A DNA stretch of 64,000 bases from assembly GCA_951406725.2 (NCBI GenBank), contig OX597815.1:131998001-132062000 (forward strand). Reading direction: 5' to 3'. Position numbers and translations under genes: made by a program. Below are positions 12,576 through 24,910 of the stretch, one piece after another; position 1 is the first letter of the stretch; every line of letters begins with the position of its first letter. This DNA comes from Octopus vulgaris. Its lineage: Eukaryota. The notes beneath the pieces were generated by a model that was given only the letters and a program-made list of their open reading frames with translations, was not told the origin of the DNA and did no database searches.

Positions 12576-13747
12576 AATATTTGCTAAGGAATTTCAATAA
12601 ACGCAATCGCCGCGTTCAAACAGACATATAGTTGGTTCCTCTCGAGAACACAGATCAAATTCTGTAAACATTAGTGTTTTACATTACCTGTTTCTCTCCT
12701 CGCCGACGTTAGTCGTCGTAGACTTATGTATGGTTACATCACAGTAAAGTAATAAACATGTATGTTGCTGTTAGAAATTTAAATTTAATATACGTTTTTC
12801 TATTTTTATATTTAATAAAGAATGTGTACTTCAACATAGGAAAGCTTTCAGTTAGAACAAAATATACAGATTATAAAAACAAGCCAGTGATATATGGGAA
12901 AGCTTAGTTCTTCATTGCATAACACAAATTGAAGGTATATACATTTGCTGTCAATGAAATCAATAATTTAACTTTACATATTGAAATCTATAAATCGCTG
13001 CTGTTCATTTTCTATCTTTCACACACGAGACTGCTTTAACTCAGTTGTTCATTTGAAATCAGTTTATAACTGTAATCAAAAGTAGCCATCTGTTTTACAG
13101 TAATGTATCTGTTTAGAGCAGTAAGCCATTTCATAAACTCGTGGCAGATCTAAAAAAAAACCAAGCTCAGACCTCAGGGAGCAATTAAATAGCGCACGGA
13201 TTGTCAGTCTAACGGTTCAGTGAGATCTATATATCTGTAGTTCCAGATTTATTTAATACGTTTGCGCTATCTTTGGTACGTAGATATTAGTGTCCTTAGC
13301 TTCAACAAAAGGCGACGTTTATGAATATCTGCAAAACACGGATGTCTTGCATGTTTAATCAGTAAACTAGAAACTGTCTTCTTTAGCCTTGTAGTTAATC
13401 GTTGCCATATTAGTTCGAACGCAGAAGAAAAAACGTCTAGCAGTTTCTAATTACCTCCCCTTATATTATGAGTTCGAATTTCTCCGTGGTTGACTTTGTC
13501 TTCTAAGTTTTCAGTGCTGCGAAAATACTGTACCAATCAATTACTGGAATCATTTGAATTGATTGTTGCCTTTATGCCATATTTATTGTTTCCTGCATAG
13601 AACAATGAAAAGCGAGAATTGGTGAAGCACTGAGCCCAAAACTTTATCTCTGTATTCTCAGATCGAATCCCGCAGTATGTCTACAGTTGTCATTCTTGTG
13701 CTATCACCCACATGGTAATCATACACACACACACTCACACACACACA

Positions 13748-13805
<58 letters not shown>

Positions 13806-13806
<1 letters not shown>

Positions 13807-14550
13807 CTTTATATATATAAAACTGAGAATGTGTGTCTGTCTGTCTGTGTGTTTCCCTAAAACTTGAGAAATACACAACCAATTCCATTCAAATTTTACA
13901 CATGCCTTACTTAGGGTTCATGTAGTTTCATGGGCAAAAAAATCTTCAACTTCTTGCCTAGAGCGAGCCCATAGCAATATCATGTCTTCTCCACTATTTC
14001 AGTATTACGTGTTAAAAGTGAAACAAAAATATTTTTCTATTTTATGTCAGATACTTTCACTTTAACAATAAAAATAATGATAACAATTGAATTATATATA
14101 GTAAGTAATAATTAAAATAAAACTAAAGCATAATATAATAGTAACATAAAAAAAGTGAAAATAGCAATTGGTATAAAATTGCATCAATGACTTGAACTTG
14201 AATAAGTGGTTTCACATGAATGGGAATAAATTAAAAATAAAATTAGCATGCAGAAATGGAATAGTCCAGATGGATAATAAAAAATTAAATTAAAGAAAAG
14301 ACTATTGTCTATAAAGTATACAATGTAGAGAAAAAGGAAGAGCTAACATTTCCAGTCTGTTATATATTTTGAGTATTGTTATCACTAGCGATATCAAGAT
14401 GGAACTTTGTATTTTGCATTTTATGTGTAGATGTATATATATATATAGATGTACAGGTAATATGTACACATATATATATACACATATACATATACACATA
14501 TATACATGCACTAGCACTATGACCCGGCAACGACGGGTCTTTAATGCTAG
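13806..14550 (+). mobile_element. Non-autonomous Helitron
   Basis: 5' TC(TTTATATATATAAAACTGAGAATGTGTGTCTGTCTG), 3' hairpin GACCCG-GCAACGA-CGGGTC then CTAG; inserted between A and T with no TSD; second copy at 56049-57092. Confidence 0.85.
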
Positions 14551-14574
14551 TATATATATATATATATATATATA

Positions 14575-15126
14575 TGAAGGTGAGTCAAAAAGTAATGCCA
14601 TTTTGTTTAGGACAGGTATAATTACCAGCACAGGCCCATGTATCATACATCAAAATGAAGCTGGTTTTCTGTGGATCACATCCCTAATTCTCAACATAGT
14701 CACCATTTCTCTCAGTGGCCCACCTTCGAATGAGACCATGTATCCCTGTCCTGTAAAATTCTGTTGACTGTTCTTTAAACCACTTCTTCACTACCTCAGC
14801 ATTCACCAGATTTAGCGCCTTCAGACTATCATCTCTTCGGCGCCATGAAAGAGGGTTTGAGATACAAAAATTATTGCCGTGACGAGGAAATTGAAAACCG
14901 TAGTGAAGAAGTAGCTCAAAGAAGTCAACGGAATTTTACGGGGCACGAATACATGCTCTCATTCCATGGTGGAACATTGCTGTTGAGAGAAACGGTGACT
15001 ATGTTGAGAAGTAGAGATGTGATCCACACAGGACCGGCTCCATTTTGATGTATGATACATGTTCTTGTGTTAGTAATTATTATACCTGTGCTAAACAAAA
15101 TGGCGTTACTTTCTGACTCACCCTCG
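14575..15126. mobile_element. Mariner-derived foldback element made of two inverted 3' ends
   Basis: TA-flanked TIRs (GA.GGTGAGTCA.AAAGTAA.GCCATTTTGTTTAG); right part encodes SPDLAPSDYHLFGAMKEGLR...WNIAVERNGDYVEK*; left about 220 bp is its reverse complement. Confidence 0.85.
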
Positions 15127-15835
15127 TATATATATATATATACGAGGAGGCAGTGACTCCTATTTCTAGCAATGCTGGTGCTCATTGCACCGTTTGGTCA
15201 CTTTTAGTGACGGTGAATTATTTCCTTCTGGGTTCTAAATTGCTTCCGGTCACGTTTATGATCTTATCTATATTTAATAAGGATATTTTAATATTATCTT
15301 TTAAATTACTGATAAAAGTTTAACATCAAAGCATGTAAAAAGTAACGAATATTTTATGCGTATGGATTGTTTTAATTATTAACTTTTGGGTTAACTGATG
15401 TAATTCACTTAGAATTAGTTATATTATTAGTTAAGTTAAGTTCAATGGAGTTTGTTTTGTTTTGGAAAAATTAGAATATAAAAGCTTTCACTTTTATATC
15501 AATAACTATGGAAGACTGGTGGGAATAATTTAGGAGTTAGTTATAGGTTTACTTATTGAATTATTAATTTACCGATACTGTTTTTGTACATGAAGTAAAT
15601 GTGGTTTCTAAGTTGTAGTTTAATTAATAATGTTAGTATTTAATCCTACCTAGAATTAAGATTAAATGAATATGGTGATATCTACAGTATGTTTGTTCCG
15701 AAACAACGCATATTTTAATGCTGTTGACAATGCCGGATTGAATGATACTGTCCAGTTGTCAAAACCATAGTGATATAGGTGGGGCAGCTGATGATGGAGG
15801 TGTGTTGGATTCTTGGAATGGAATATATATATATA

Positions 15836-15990
15836 TAGAGGTTGAGTCAAAAAGTAACGCCATTTTGTTTAGGACAGGTATAATAATTACTAACACAGGA
15901 ACATGTATCATACATCAAAATGGAGCCGGTCCTGTGTCGATCACATCTCTACTTCTCAACATAGTCACCGTTTCTCTCAACAGCAATGTT
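15836..15990 (-). mobile_element. Solo mariner 3' end/TIR, same family as 14575-15126
   Basis: gaggttgagtcaaaaagtaacgccattttgtttaggacagg...ctcaacatagtcaccgtttctctcaacagcaatgtt. Confidence 0.8.
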
Positions 15991-16039
15991 ATTGTATGTG
16001 CAGAATAGTTTTATAAGATATCCATTTGATATATGTATA

Positions 16040-16125
<86 letters not shown>

Positions 16126-16631
16126 AGAGGGATTATACTACTTTTCTTTTACTGTTATAAAATCTCACGACGGGGCGATTAAAAGAACATTTGTTCGTTA
16201 AGCTGCTGTCTACTTTAAACATATTGCCAGGTGCAAAACAGGTTGTAATTGTGTTTCTAATTTTAATCATCCACAGTAAGCGAAATTCCTAACATTAGTG
16301 CTGCTAAAAAAAAATAAGGAATCGATTGGGAACTGCAATACCAAATTTATTTTTCAGATATATTAGTGTTGTATGTGTAATAAGTTGGAACTCACTGGAG
16401 TCTGTCCTGTGTAGTTATCTCCACATTACCTCACCAACACACTATACTAACTTAGATATTCGATTACCAGCCGTGCAGTAATAAGTCACGTACGCTATTA
16501 GACACCTTGCAATGTTGAATAATTTCTAAGTAAATTTTACTTGTACCCGATGTTTCTGATAAAATTGTCATTGTGTTGAACAAATATTTCTCTCCCTTAC
16601 TTACTCTCTCTCACTCTCTCTTTCTCTCTGT

Positions 16632-16671
<40 letters not shown>

Positions 16672-17443
16672 TTATCTGTTTCATTCATTCGCTCTTTCTT
16701 TCTTTCCTCCTTTCTTAGTGCTTTCTCTGTAGCATATATTTTTATATTCCTACATGGACATGTTAACACTTTTGTAATTGCATTGAAATCATTCAATGAG
16801 TTATTGAAACTAGCTTTACTCCACAAAGACATTTTCATCATGTTGAACAGGTTGAAGTATCTTTATCTCTATGAAACAATTGATGACGAATATAAAAGTG
16901 CGAAAGCAAGAAATGTTTGAATTTAAATTGCATTATTCTACAGATACAGATTATACATAAATAACCAAATGACGTAATACAGGTGACAGAATGCTGCAGA
17001 AATCGTCAAGCCAAGTGAAATTATTTAATATGATAGTAATAAGATTTGTTCCGATTAAACGTTATAAGGTAACAAGAGGAAATAGTGTAGAAGCACAAGT
17101 GATTTTCCTGCAGTAGAAATCTATATTGCATAAATCACTTTGCAGTATGTTTTAATATATTGAAAATTTTGTTGTTACATTTAAACCATCAAATAGTAAA
17201 TGCTGTACATGCGTTAAATAAATTCGCATCATGTAATGTATACACCCCGGAAACGGACAGGGGTGATCCATGATATTTCATTGAACAAGGTAAGGAAATA
17301 AACGATCATGAGGAAACTGTTCCTACATTTGCGTAATTGTGCCCACTTATGTCTGTGTTTACTGCTTAGATGCAGACACCGTTGTTTAGATATACGTTCC
17401 TCTAGAATGTAGTTAAAAATATGTTATCCGATATAACTACTGA

Positions 17444-17496
<53 letters not shown>

Positions 17497-17652
17497 CCAA
17501 TAACCATCTTTTATCAATTCAACAATGAAATAATTAAATTATACCATATAGAAAAAAATGAAATATAAGATAAAAACATATACCAATGATTAAGTAATGT
17601 ACAAGTATTACTAAATTGAATTTTTTCCTTGTAAGTTTGGAATAATATTCCC

Positions 17653-17685
<33 letters not shown>

Positions 17686-17851
17686 TTTTTTCTTTCAAAT
17701 TTGCTTCCATTTCTTGCCGAGTGTCTTCCCGACTCCTAGGGCAAAGAAACTCATAGTATACATTGGTAGGCCATTAAACCAAACTCAGTAGTTCGTTCAT
17801 TTTTTTTTTTTTTTTTAAAGTTAAATTAAAATACATGAGCAGCAACAGTTC

Positions 17852-20281
17852 TCACATCGACAATGCTCTTCTCAATACGTGTGATGTACCAGTTAAGACA
17901 ATCTTTTGCACTTCTTGCAGGGATGGTAAGCCAGGGATCATTCTCATATAATTTTCGGTTCCCTTCTTGATCATTCCTAGTGCTCCTACGATCACTGGTA
18001 TTGTAACCGCCTTGAGATGCCACATTTTCTCAATTTCAATGAGTAGGTCTTTATATTTTCTGAGCTTGTCAAACTCTTTCGCTGAGATATTATGATCACA
18101 GGGGATGCTCATGTCGATCAATAAGCAAACTTTATTGTTTTGGTCTTTCACAACAATATCTGGTTTATTGGCCTTGATGGTTCGGTCTGTATGTACTGGA
18201 AAGTCCCACAGAATGGTTACATTTTCTCCTTCAGTTACAGCCTCAGGGTGGTGATTATACCACTTGTCGGCAGTTTTGATATTGTAATGCCGACTTATTA
18301 GCCAGTGGAGATATTGGCCAACTCTGTCATGTCTTAATTTATACTCCACTGGTGCTAAGACTTTACATCCAGAGATTAGGTGGTCCACTGTTTCAATCAT
18401 GTCGTTGCAGAATCGGCATTTTGGGTCTGCTCCATTTTTCATCACATTGGCCTGGTAGTTCCGGGTTAATAGGCTTTGATCTTGAGCAGCCAGGATGAAA
18501 CCTTCGCTCTCTGCTTTTAGCCCTGAGCTCCGTAGCCACTGATGGGTTTGCTTCTGGTCAACATCAGCTTGTTTGCTGCGGGTCACATATTTGCCGTGCA
18601 GAGTTTTCTCCTCCCACCTATCAGCCAATTGCTCGTGCGCTTTCTTCATTGCCATCATTTTCACCTTCTTTGCAACAATAGTTGCCGTACTTCCCTCGGG
18701 TTGTTCAGTTTGGGTATCCTGCACGAGATCAATAGCAAATTTTTTGCTTTCCTTTATGATAGAATGAAGCTTCTTTCGTCTCTCGTGATTTTCCACGAGC
18801 TTTAGCATCCAGTCATTCGATATTTCGAGATATTTGGCCAGTCCAATTGTGGTTGTTTTGTAAGCTAGTTCAAATTGGGTCAGGCCTCGACCTCCTTGGG
18901 CTCTGGGAAGGTAAAGGCGATCTACGTCTGCCTTTGGGTGGTGCATCCTATTACAACTCAGCAGCTTGCGTATTTTTCTATCTATATTCTTTACTTCACT
19001 CATATTCCAGTTCAACACATTGTAGCTATAAGTAACAACTGGAACTGCTAAGGAATTTATAGCTAACACCTTGTTACGTGCATTTAGTTCAGATTTCAGG
19101 ACTGCACGAACTCTCCTATAACATTCCTTCCTGATTTTCTCTTTCATGCTTGCATGCTGAATACCAGAGCCTTCATTTATCCCTAAATATTTGTATGTTT
19201 GTTCTTGCTCAAGCTCTCTTATGACTGTGTCAACATCTAACACGACTGAATTTGTGGTCTTCACTTTCCCTTTCTGGAAAGTGGCCTTGGCACACTTCTC
19301 AAGTCCAAACTCCATCCCGATGTCATCGCTGAATGCTTTCACGGTGCGCAATAGGCCTTCAAGTTCATTATTGTCTTTACCATAAAGTTTTAAGTCATCC
19401 ATATAAAATAGATGGCTTATTTTTTTATTGGCAATTTTATACCCATACCCTGTTCTGTTTAATTCACTTGTAAGGGGTATTAGGGCTATGCAGAATATTA
19501 AAGGTGAAAGTGAGTCACCTTGAAAAATTCCACAGTTGATGTTTATATTTTCTGAGGCAAGTACTCCATTAGAGTGGTATAATTGGAGATTCGTATTCCA
19601 CAACGACATATTGTGCTTCAGGAAGTTTGAAATCACAGGGGAAATTTTGAAGATGTCCAGCGATCTCAAGATCCATGGATGCGGTATACTGTCGAAGGCC
19701 TTTTTGTAGTCAATCCATGCGGTGCTGAGATTTCTGCGCTTGTTGTGACAGTTCTCAAGGATCATACGATTGATTAGCAGTTGAACTTTGCATCCGTAAG
19801 AGCCTCGGCGGCACCCTTTTTGTTCAATGGGGAAAATATCGTTCTTCTCCATGAATGCATATGTTTTCTCCGCCAGGATAGATGTTAGGATTTTATACGT
19901 GGTGGATAGACAGGTTATAGGCCGATAGTTTTTTGGAAGGTTGGTTTCGTTATTCTTTGGGAGTAGGTAAGTAATGCCACTTGCTAACCATTCAGGTGTT
20001 TTCTTTGGGTCTCTCATAATTCCATTGAGCAGCTGAACTAGCTTACTGTGTGCGCATGGGAGCGATGCGAGCCAGAAATTCGGCACCCTATCTTTACCGG
20101 GGGATTTCCAATTATGGGCCTTCGTGAGTGCCTTTCTTAGGTCTGCTATTGTGATGTCTTCCCATGCTTGTTGTTGTAAATTTTGGTAGGATCCTTCAGT
20201 TTGTATAATCCAGTCTGCATTTATGTTGTACGTCTTCTTGTCACTCCAAATCCTTTTCCAAAAGTTTTGAACTTCTTCCAT
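17852..20281 (-). CDS. Reverse transcriptase + CCHC zinc knuckle + restriction-like endonuclease (C-terminal 809 aa of LINE ORF)
   Basis: NYRPITCL, EQKGCRRG, AWIDYKKAFDSIPH, GIFQGDSLSPLIF, HLFYMDDLKL, YKYLGI; CRFCNDMIETVDHLISGC; RHDRV, NKPDIVV..LLIDMSIP..KLRKYKDL..VIVGALG. Confidence 0.95.
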   Translation of the reverse strand: MEEVQNFWKRIWSDKKTYNINADWIIQTEGSYQNLQQQAWEDITIADLRKALTKAHNWKSPGKDRVPNFWLASLPCAHSKLVQLLNGIMRDPKKTPEWLASGITYLLPKNNETNLPKNYRPITCLSTTYKILTSILAEKTYAFMEKNDIFPIEQKGCRRGSYGCKVQLLINRMILENCHNKRRNLSTAWIDYKKAFDSIPHPWILRSLDIFKISPVISNFLKHNMSLWNTNLQLYHSNGVLASENININCGIFQGDSLSPLIFCIALIPLTSELNRTGYGYKIANKKISHLFYMDDLKLYGKDNNELEGLLRTVKAFSDDIGMEFGLEKCAKATFQKGKVKTTNSVVLDVDTVIRELEQEQTYKYLGINEGSGIQHASMKEKIRKECYRRVRAVLKSELNARNKVLAINSLAVPVVTYSYNVLNWNMSEVKNIDRKIRKLLSCNRMHHPKADVDRLYLPRAQGGRGLTQFELAYKTTTIGLAKYLEISNDWMLKLVENHERRKKLHSIIKESKKFAIDLVQDTQTEQPEGSTATIVAKKVKMMAMKKAHEQLADRWEEKTLHGKYVTRSKQADVDQKQTHQWLRSSGLKAESEGFILAAQDQSLLTRNYQANVMKNGADPKCRFCNDMIETVDHLISGCKVLAPVEYKLRHDRVGQYLHWLISRHYNIKTADKWYNHHPEAVTEGENVTILWDFPVHTDRTIKANKPDIVVKDQNNKVCLLIDMSIPCDHNISAKEFDKLRKYKDLLIEIEKMWHLKAVTIPVIVGALGMIKKGTENYMRMIPGLPSLQEVQKIVLTGTSHVLRRALSM

Positions 20282-21540
20282 GGGAGGGGGTCTTTAACGG
20301 TTACTTTCTCCTTCCCTATTTCTTTGTAGAATTTTTTGGCATTGGATGTGAACAGCTTATTTTGCTTGTAAAACTTGTTTCTCTTCTCAAATCTTCGTAT
20401 TCTTTGGGCTTTTGCTTGGACTTTTTGTTTCAGCGTTTCTTTTATTGATATCAGTTCTTCTCTTGGTGAGGATCCAAATTTTCTCTTCATCTTTCTTCCT
20501 GTTCTGGATCTTACATCATTTCCACATATTAGCTCATTTAATATTGATATTTCCCCTCTCATAAATTCAATCTCTTTTTCAATTTTACTTCTCCAGGTTT
20601 GATTTCTTCCCAGGTTTTGTTTTCTTTGTTTTTTCGGGGGCATACAGCTGGTTTCAATTGCCCTAGCAGAAGCGTAAATAATTTCATTTAACTCAGTAAA
20701 ATCAGGTTTTAATTCTCGTATTATTTCATTTGTTACATAGTTGCCAATTTGGATTTGTTTTTTATTTTGGTTTGTATTTGAGAGTTTATGAAGTGGTTCT
20801 CTATCATTCATACTTGTATATCTTACAACTTCAAGCGTATTCAGGATTTTCTGCCTCATTTCTGCCATAGACTCTCTGTGTTCTTCAGCAAATGCGAGAT
20901 CTTCAGTTACTGTTGTTTTTTCGTTTTCCTGGCTATCTTTAACAGGTACAATAGAATTTCTTGTATCTTCAGACCTTTGCGTACTTTGGTCAGATGGCAG
21001 TCTTTCAATTAAGCCTCGTGGCGGGCTATACTGTTCATCTGATTCTTCATTTCCTTTGTGTCTTATATTTATGTCATTTTCCGTTGCGTGCTTGATCGCG
21101 CTTATTTCACTGTCTGTGAGTCTGTTATTTCTAAGGATATCCCTCCTCACATTTGCTAATTTGTTCTTGTCCAAATAGGGCCTACTGTCTTGATTCCGTG
21201 TTCTCCATATACTGTAAGAGTTTGCGGTGTGTCTCTCTTGAGATGGCCTACCTAATGCATAGTAATAAGCGTATATTACTTCTTTATACTCTTCTCGGGT
21301 CCATTTGTTCCGCTTACATTTTTCTTTCTGTGGTGGTTGTGGTGGTGAACTTGGAGGGCTCGAGTTGGGGGATTTCCCGTTCAAGTGACCATCCATGTCC
21401 GTATTCGGAGAAGAGTTTGTGCCAGTTGATGACTTTTCGATCCCAGGCTGGCTCTTCCCTGGGGGACGCGCTTCCAGATTAACCATAGGACAAGCGATTT
21501 GGTATACTGATTTAGTTTTCCTTTTAGTTTCTAAAAACAT
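20221..21540 (-). CDS. N-terminal part of the same LINE ORF, split from the RT part by a 1-bp frameshift near 20286-20290
   Basis: 439-codon open frame with KRNKWTREEYKEVIYAYY and LKQKVQAKAQRIRRFEKRNKFYKQNKLFTSNAKKFYKEI, typical of the pre-RT region; overlaps the RT ORF start. Confidence 0.85.
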   Translation of the reverse strand: MFLETKRKTKSVYQIACPMVNLEARPPGKSQPGIEKSSTGTNSSPNTDMDGHLNGKSPNSSPPSSPPQPPQKEKCKRNKWTREEYKEVIYAYYYALGRPSQERHTANSYSIWRTRNQDSRPYLDKNKLANVRRDILRNNRLTDSEISAIKHATENDINIRHKGNEESDEQYSPPRGLIERLPSDQSTQRSEDTRNSIVPVKDSQENEKTTVTEDLAFAEEHRESMAEMRQKILNTLEVVRYTSMNDREPLHKLSNTNQNKKQIQIGNYVTNEIIRELKPDFTELNEIIYASARAIETSCMPPKKQRKQNLGRNQTWRSKIEKEIEFMRGEISILNELICGNDVRSRTGRKMKRKFGSSPREELISIKETLKQKVQAKAQRIRRFEKRNKFYKQNKLFTSNAKKFYKEIGKEKVTVKDPLPWKKFKTFGKGFGVTRRRTT

Positions 21541-22003
21541 TTTGGTGCTACGATAATGTTATCATTTTTTAGCTTTGATTGGCTCGTGGGGAGACGGCCA
21601 TCATTGCCGTTACAATTATAATCGTACCATTATAGCAGCCGTAGTCGGCTTATTATTGTTATTATCATCACCATTACCATCACTATCATCATTATCACCA
21701 CCATTACCATCATCATTATCATCATCACCATCACCATCACCACCATCATCATCAATGATATTGTTTTATGTGTAGTCACAGCAGTATCTTATTATTGTTA
21801 TTTTTGTTTTTTTATCATTATCACCATCACAGTAGTGTCTGTCTGTCTCGTTGGCTGGCTTGGTGGTTGGCTGGCTGACTGTCTTCAACACCAGAGTTCT
21901 TGCCTGTCAAATAATACTTTCTTTGTGTTGGTTGAACTCTTTGAGTGTGTGTCTGTGTAGATAGATAGATAGATTATCAGCACTATTACTATCATTATTA
22001 TCA

Positions 22004-22006
<3 letters not shown>

Positions 22007-22058
<52 letters not shown>

Positions 22059-22059
22059 G

Positions 22060-22129
<70 letters not shown>

Positions 22130-22145
22130 TATAAATATATATATA
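22007..22145. repeat. (TAT)n then (TA)n microsatellite (LINE target site)
   Basis: Direct reading. Confidence 0.95.
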
Positions 22146-24461
22146 TGAATCTACTAATGCAATGCAAATGTTTTAGATATGGCGTACCGTTATAGAAAAC
22201 TCAGTAACAGAATACATTGTACTAACTCCATATGCCGCAAATAATTTTAAACACCTCATTAAAATTTTAATTGGAAGCATCGCTGGTGCATAACATTTGT
22301 TAAGAAAATATACTATTACACATGCTATAAATGCAAGTTCATTTATTAATTTATTTATTTAATTATTTATTGTAGTGCTCGGCACTCATCTTCCTTCCGG
22401 ATTGGATTTATTATTTTTTGTGAAACTCAATGGCAGATGGTAATGATATCAACTAATGATTCTGATCTAATTTCTTTTATGTAGGTATAAAAATACATTT
22501 GCTTAAAGCACTAACATCACTTATAAAATTCCAAATTAAACACAACTTTTACAATGGAAAATAACAGGACATATGTGAATACACAACTGCTATGTGAATA
22601 CAATAAGTGGAAATAAACTGCGCCGCAGGTTGTGGTGGACTCTTACACAGTTACCAAAACGATGATGACGAAGTTATATGTGACTTGTATGATCCTGTGC
22701 TACCTACAGCAAAATGATCCGTCAGTACGTCTTCAACATAATTTTATTTGGCTGAAGAGTCCGAAAACGCTAAGAAATCTTATTAAACATAACAAATATA
22801 TTTATCCAAACTAAACATAAGTAACAGATTAAAATATATAAACATATTGTTGTTGTAAAGAAATCAGAGAAGCCGCATATTATGGAAATGCATCATGTGA
22901 ATTTACCAGGATTTATATATAATACAGCTTATCACAAGGACTAATTGGAGCCTTGTTTTCTGACGGAACTTAACTTGTCCCATTTACTGCAACTTACTGC
23001 AATGATCTGCTATGTCAACCATTCAAGAGGATTCTATATCTTAAGGGCTCTATAGCAAGATGTTTTCTTTTCATTTCAACGCATATGTTTTGTGTATATA
23101 TTACCGATGCTCTTATCAAGCAAACATTGTCTGGCATTATACACGATTCAAAGGCTATGTGGACTGAACAAGAGTGTCATGCACACTCATTTCTTTCCTG
23201 GCGTAGATTTCCCTGTGGATATTTCTCAGAAGCTTCCAGTTTATACCTGGAACTGTTGTTTGTAATAATTACTTACCGAATTTCCAGTTATGTATCTCAA
23301 ATATCGCTGTCAATAATGCCACTGAAAATATATTGTATCAGATATGATTTCCATACTACTTGTTAAGCCTGATGTAATTTTTATAATATTCTTTCGTTAC
23401 ATTTTTGTTAACAACATCTTTGTATTACATTTTCAAGAATATCTCAGACTTTGTAGCAACTCAATGGAACAGGATAGATGAAGAACCCATTGACGTTAAG
23501 GGTGTTGACTTTGGAAGCATTCAAATATTACAGAGAAACAGGTCTTGTTCCCTACTTGTATGTAAGCATTCATGCATAAATATAACGGATATAATGTAAA
23601 AAGACGTATTGAAAAACACGTTCATACAATCAAACAGCACACTTATATGTATATAATGCAGTCATCGATACATTCTTAATATGTATTCACATAAAAATGC
23701 ACATGTACATTCATAAATGCATATATGCATGCATAATATTTATATATTGCGAAGTAGGTATTATTAACGATCCTAATGACACACAAAGAATCTAAATTCG
23801 GTTATAAGAATTGCCAACTGCACGCGTTTTATTTGTCACAAAGTTATGCTACCAACAATATTGACTCAACCGGCTACAAACTGTACATTAAGATACGGCA
23901 TTTTGCACATAAGTCGATTTAAGAGCCGCTTCCCATCCACGTTTTGTTGTTTACCTTTTATCGTAGTAAGTTTGCAACACTTATCACAAAATCAAAAAGT
24001 ACGTCATAAGTACAGTTGCTGGTGCATTCTCATAAATATAAATACAGTACATATCACATTCTCAATTAAGTTAGCGTTAAGATGCAATAAAACTTCACAC
24101 ATTTACGAAAGAACCAACGACCAAATCTACTTTAAAACATCTACATATTTCTTAATAAAAGAACTCACGAGACAGGGTACTTGTAGGTAATTTAGTTTTC
24201 AAAAAAAGTATACAATAAAATTTCAGCCAAAGCTGTACTACTTTTCAACCTAAATTGGCCAAAACGGAGCTAAAGCAAGTTGAGAAGGCAACACCCATAG
24301 ACATAAATGCAAATTCACTTTCCGTAACGTAAAGGTTAATGATATCTTTGCTAGAATTAATGTTAACTGAACGGTAACGGCTGTTCACTTGATTTTCTCT
24401 CGTAAAAAAGTTATGCGTGCATTACTCACTATTTCCAATACACAATTGCATTGTTTGGGTC

Positions 24462-24525
<64 letters not shown>

Positions 24526-24864
24526 CTATATATGTATATCGTTTCAGGAGTGATATTTTTACAGAACATCTATGCATTTTTATATACGAGTTAGTTGAAA
24601 ATATATGTACCTTCCAAAGGTTCGGCAAACACATATACACACATAAACACACATATAAGCACACGCATACACACATGTAGATACAAAATAGCAAAGAACA
24701 TTCTCATCCAATTAAAACTCTATATATGTTTTTTTTTCAACAAAGTCACATACATAAAAAAAAATTAATTATCAGTGGAAATATCATTCCTGAATGTTCT
24801 CTGAAACGGGTTGAAAGCGTTATATAACTAATTATCGAATTATCGAAAATTTAATTCAAAACAC

Positions 24865-24909
<45 letters not shown>

Positions 24910-24910
24910 T

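Larger units (their letters stand above)
17654..22005 (-). mobile_element. Near full-length R4/Dong-clade RLE non-LTR retrotransposon in (TAA)n
   Basis: (TAA)n at both ends (17654-17684 and 22007-22058); about 460-nt 5' UTR; ORF with RT, CCHC and RLE domains; about 165-nt 3' UTR. TAA targeting is known for Dong elements. Confidence 0.92.

Noticed and set aside
15788-15825. CTGATGA box
   Set aside because: No GAAA or stem III before the TA tract.
22550-22720. Cys-containing peptide CAAGCGGLL...VICDLYDP
   Set aside because: Upstream stop and frameshift and no clear splice sites; cannot be supported as an exon.
22745-22780. CTGAAGA-GTCC-GAAA-ACGC-TA
   Set aside because: Stems I and III cannot pair; chance match.
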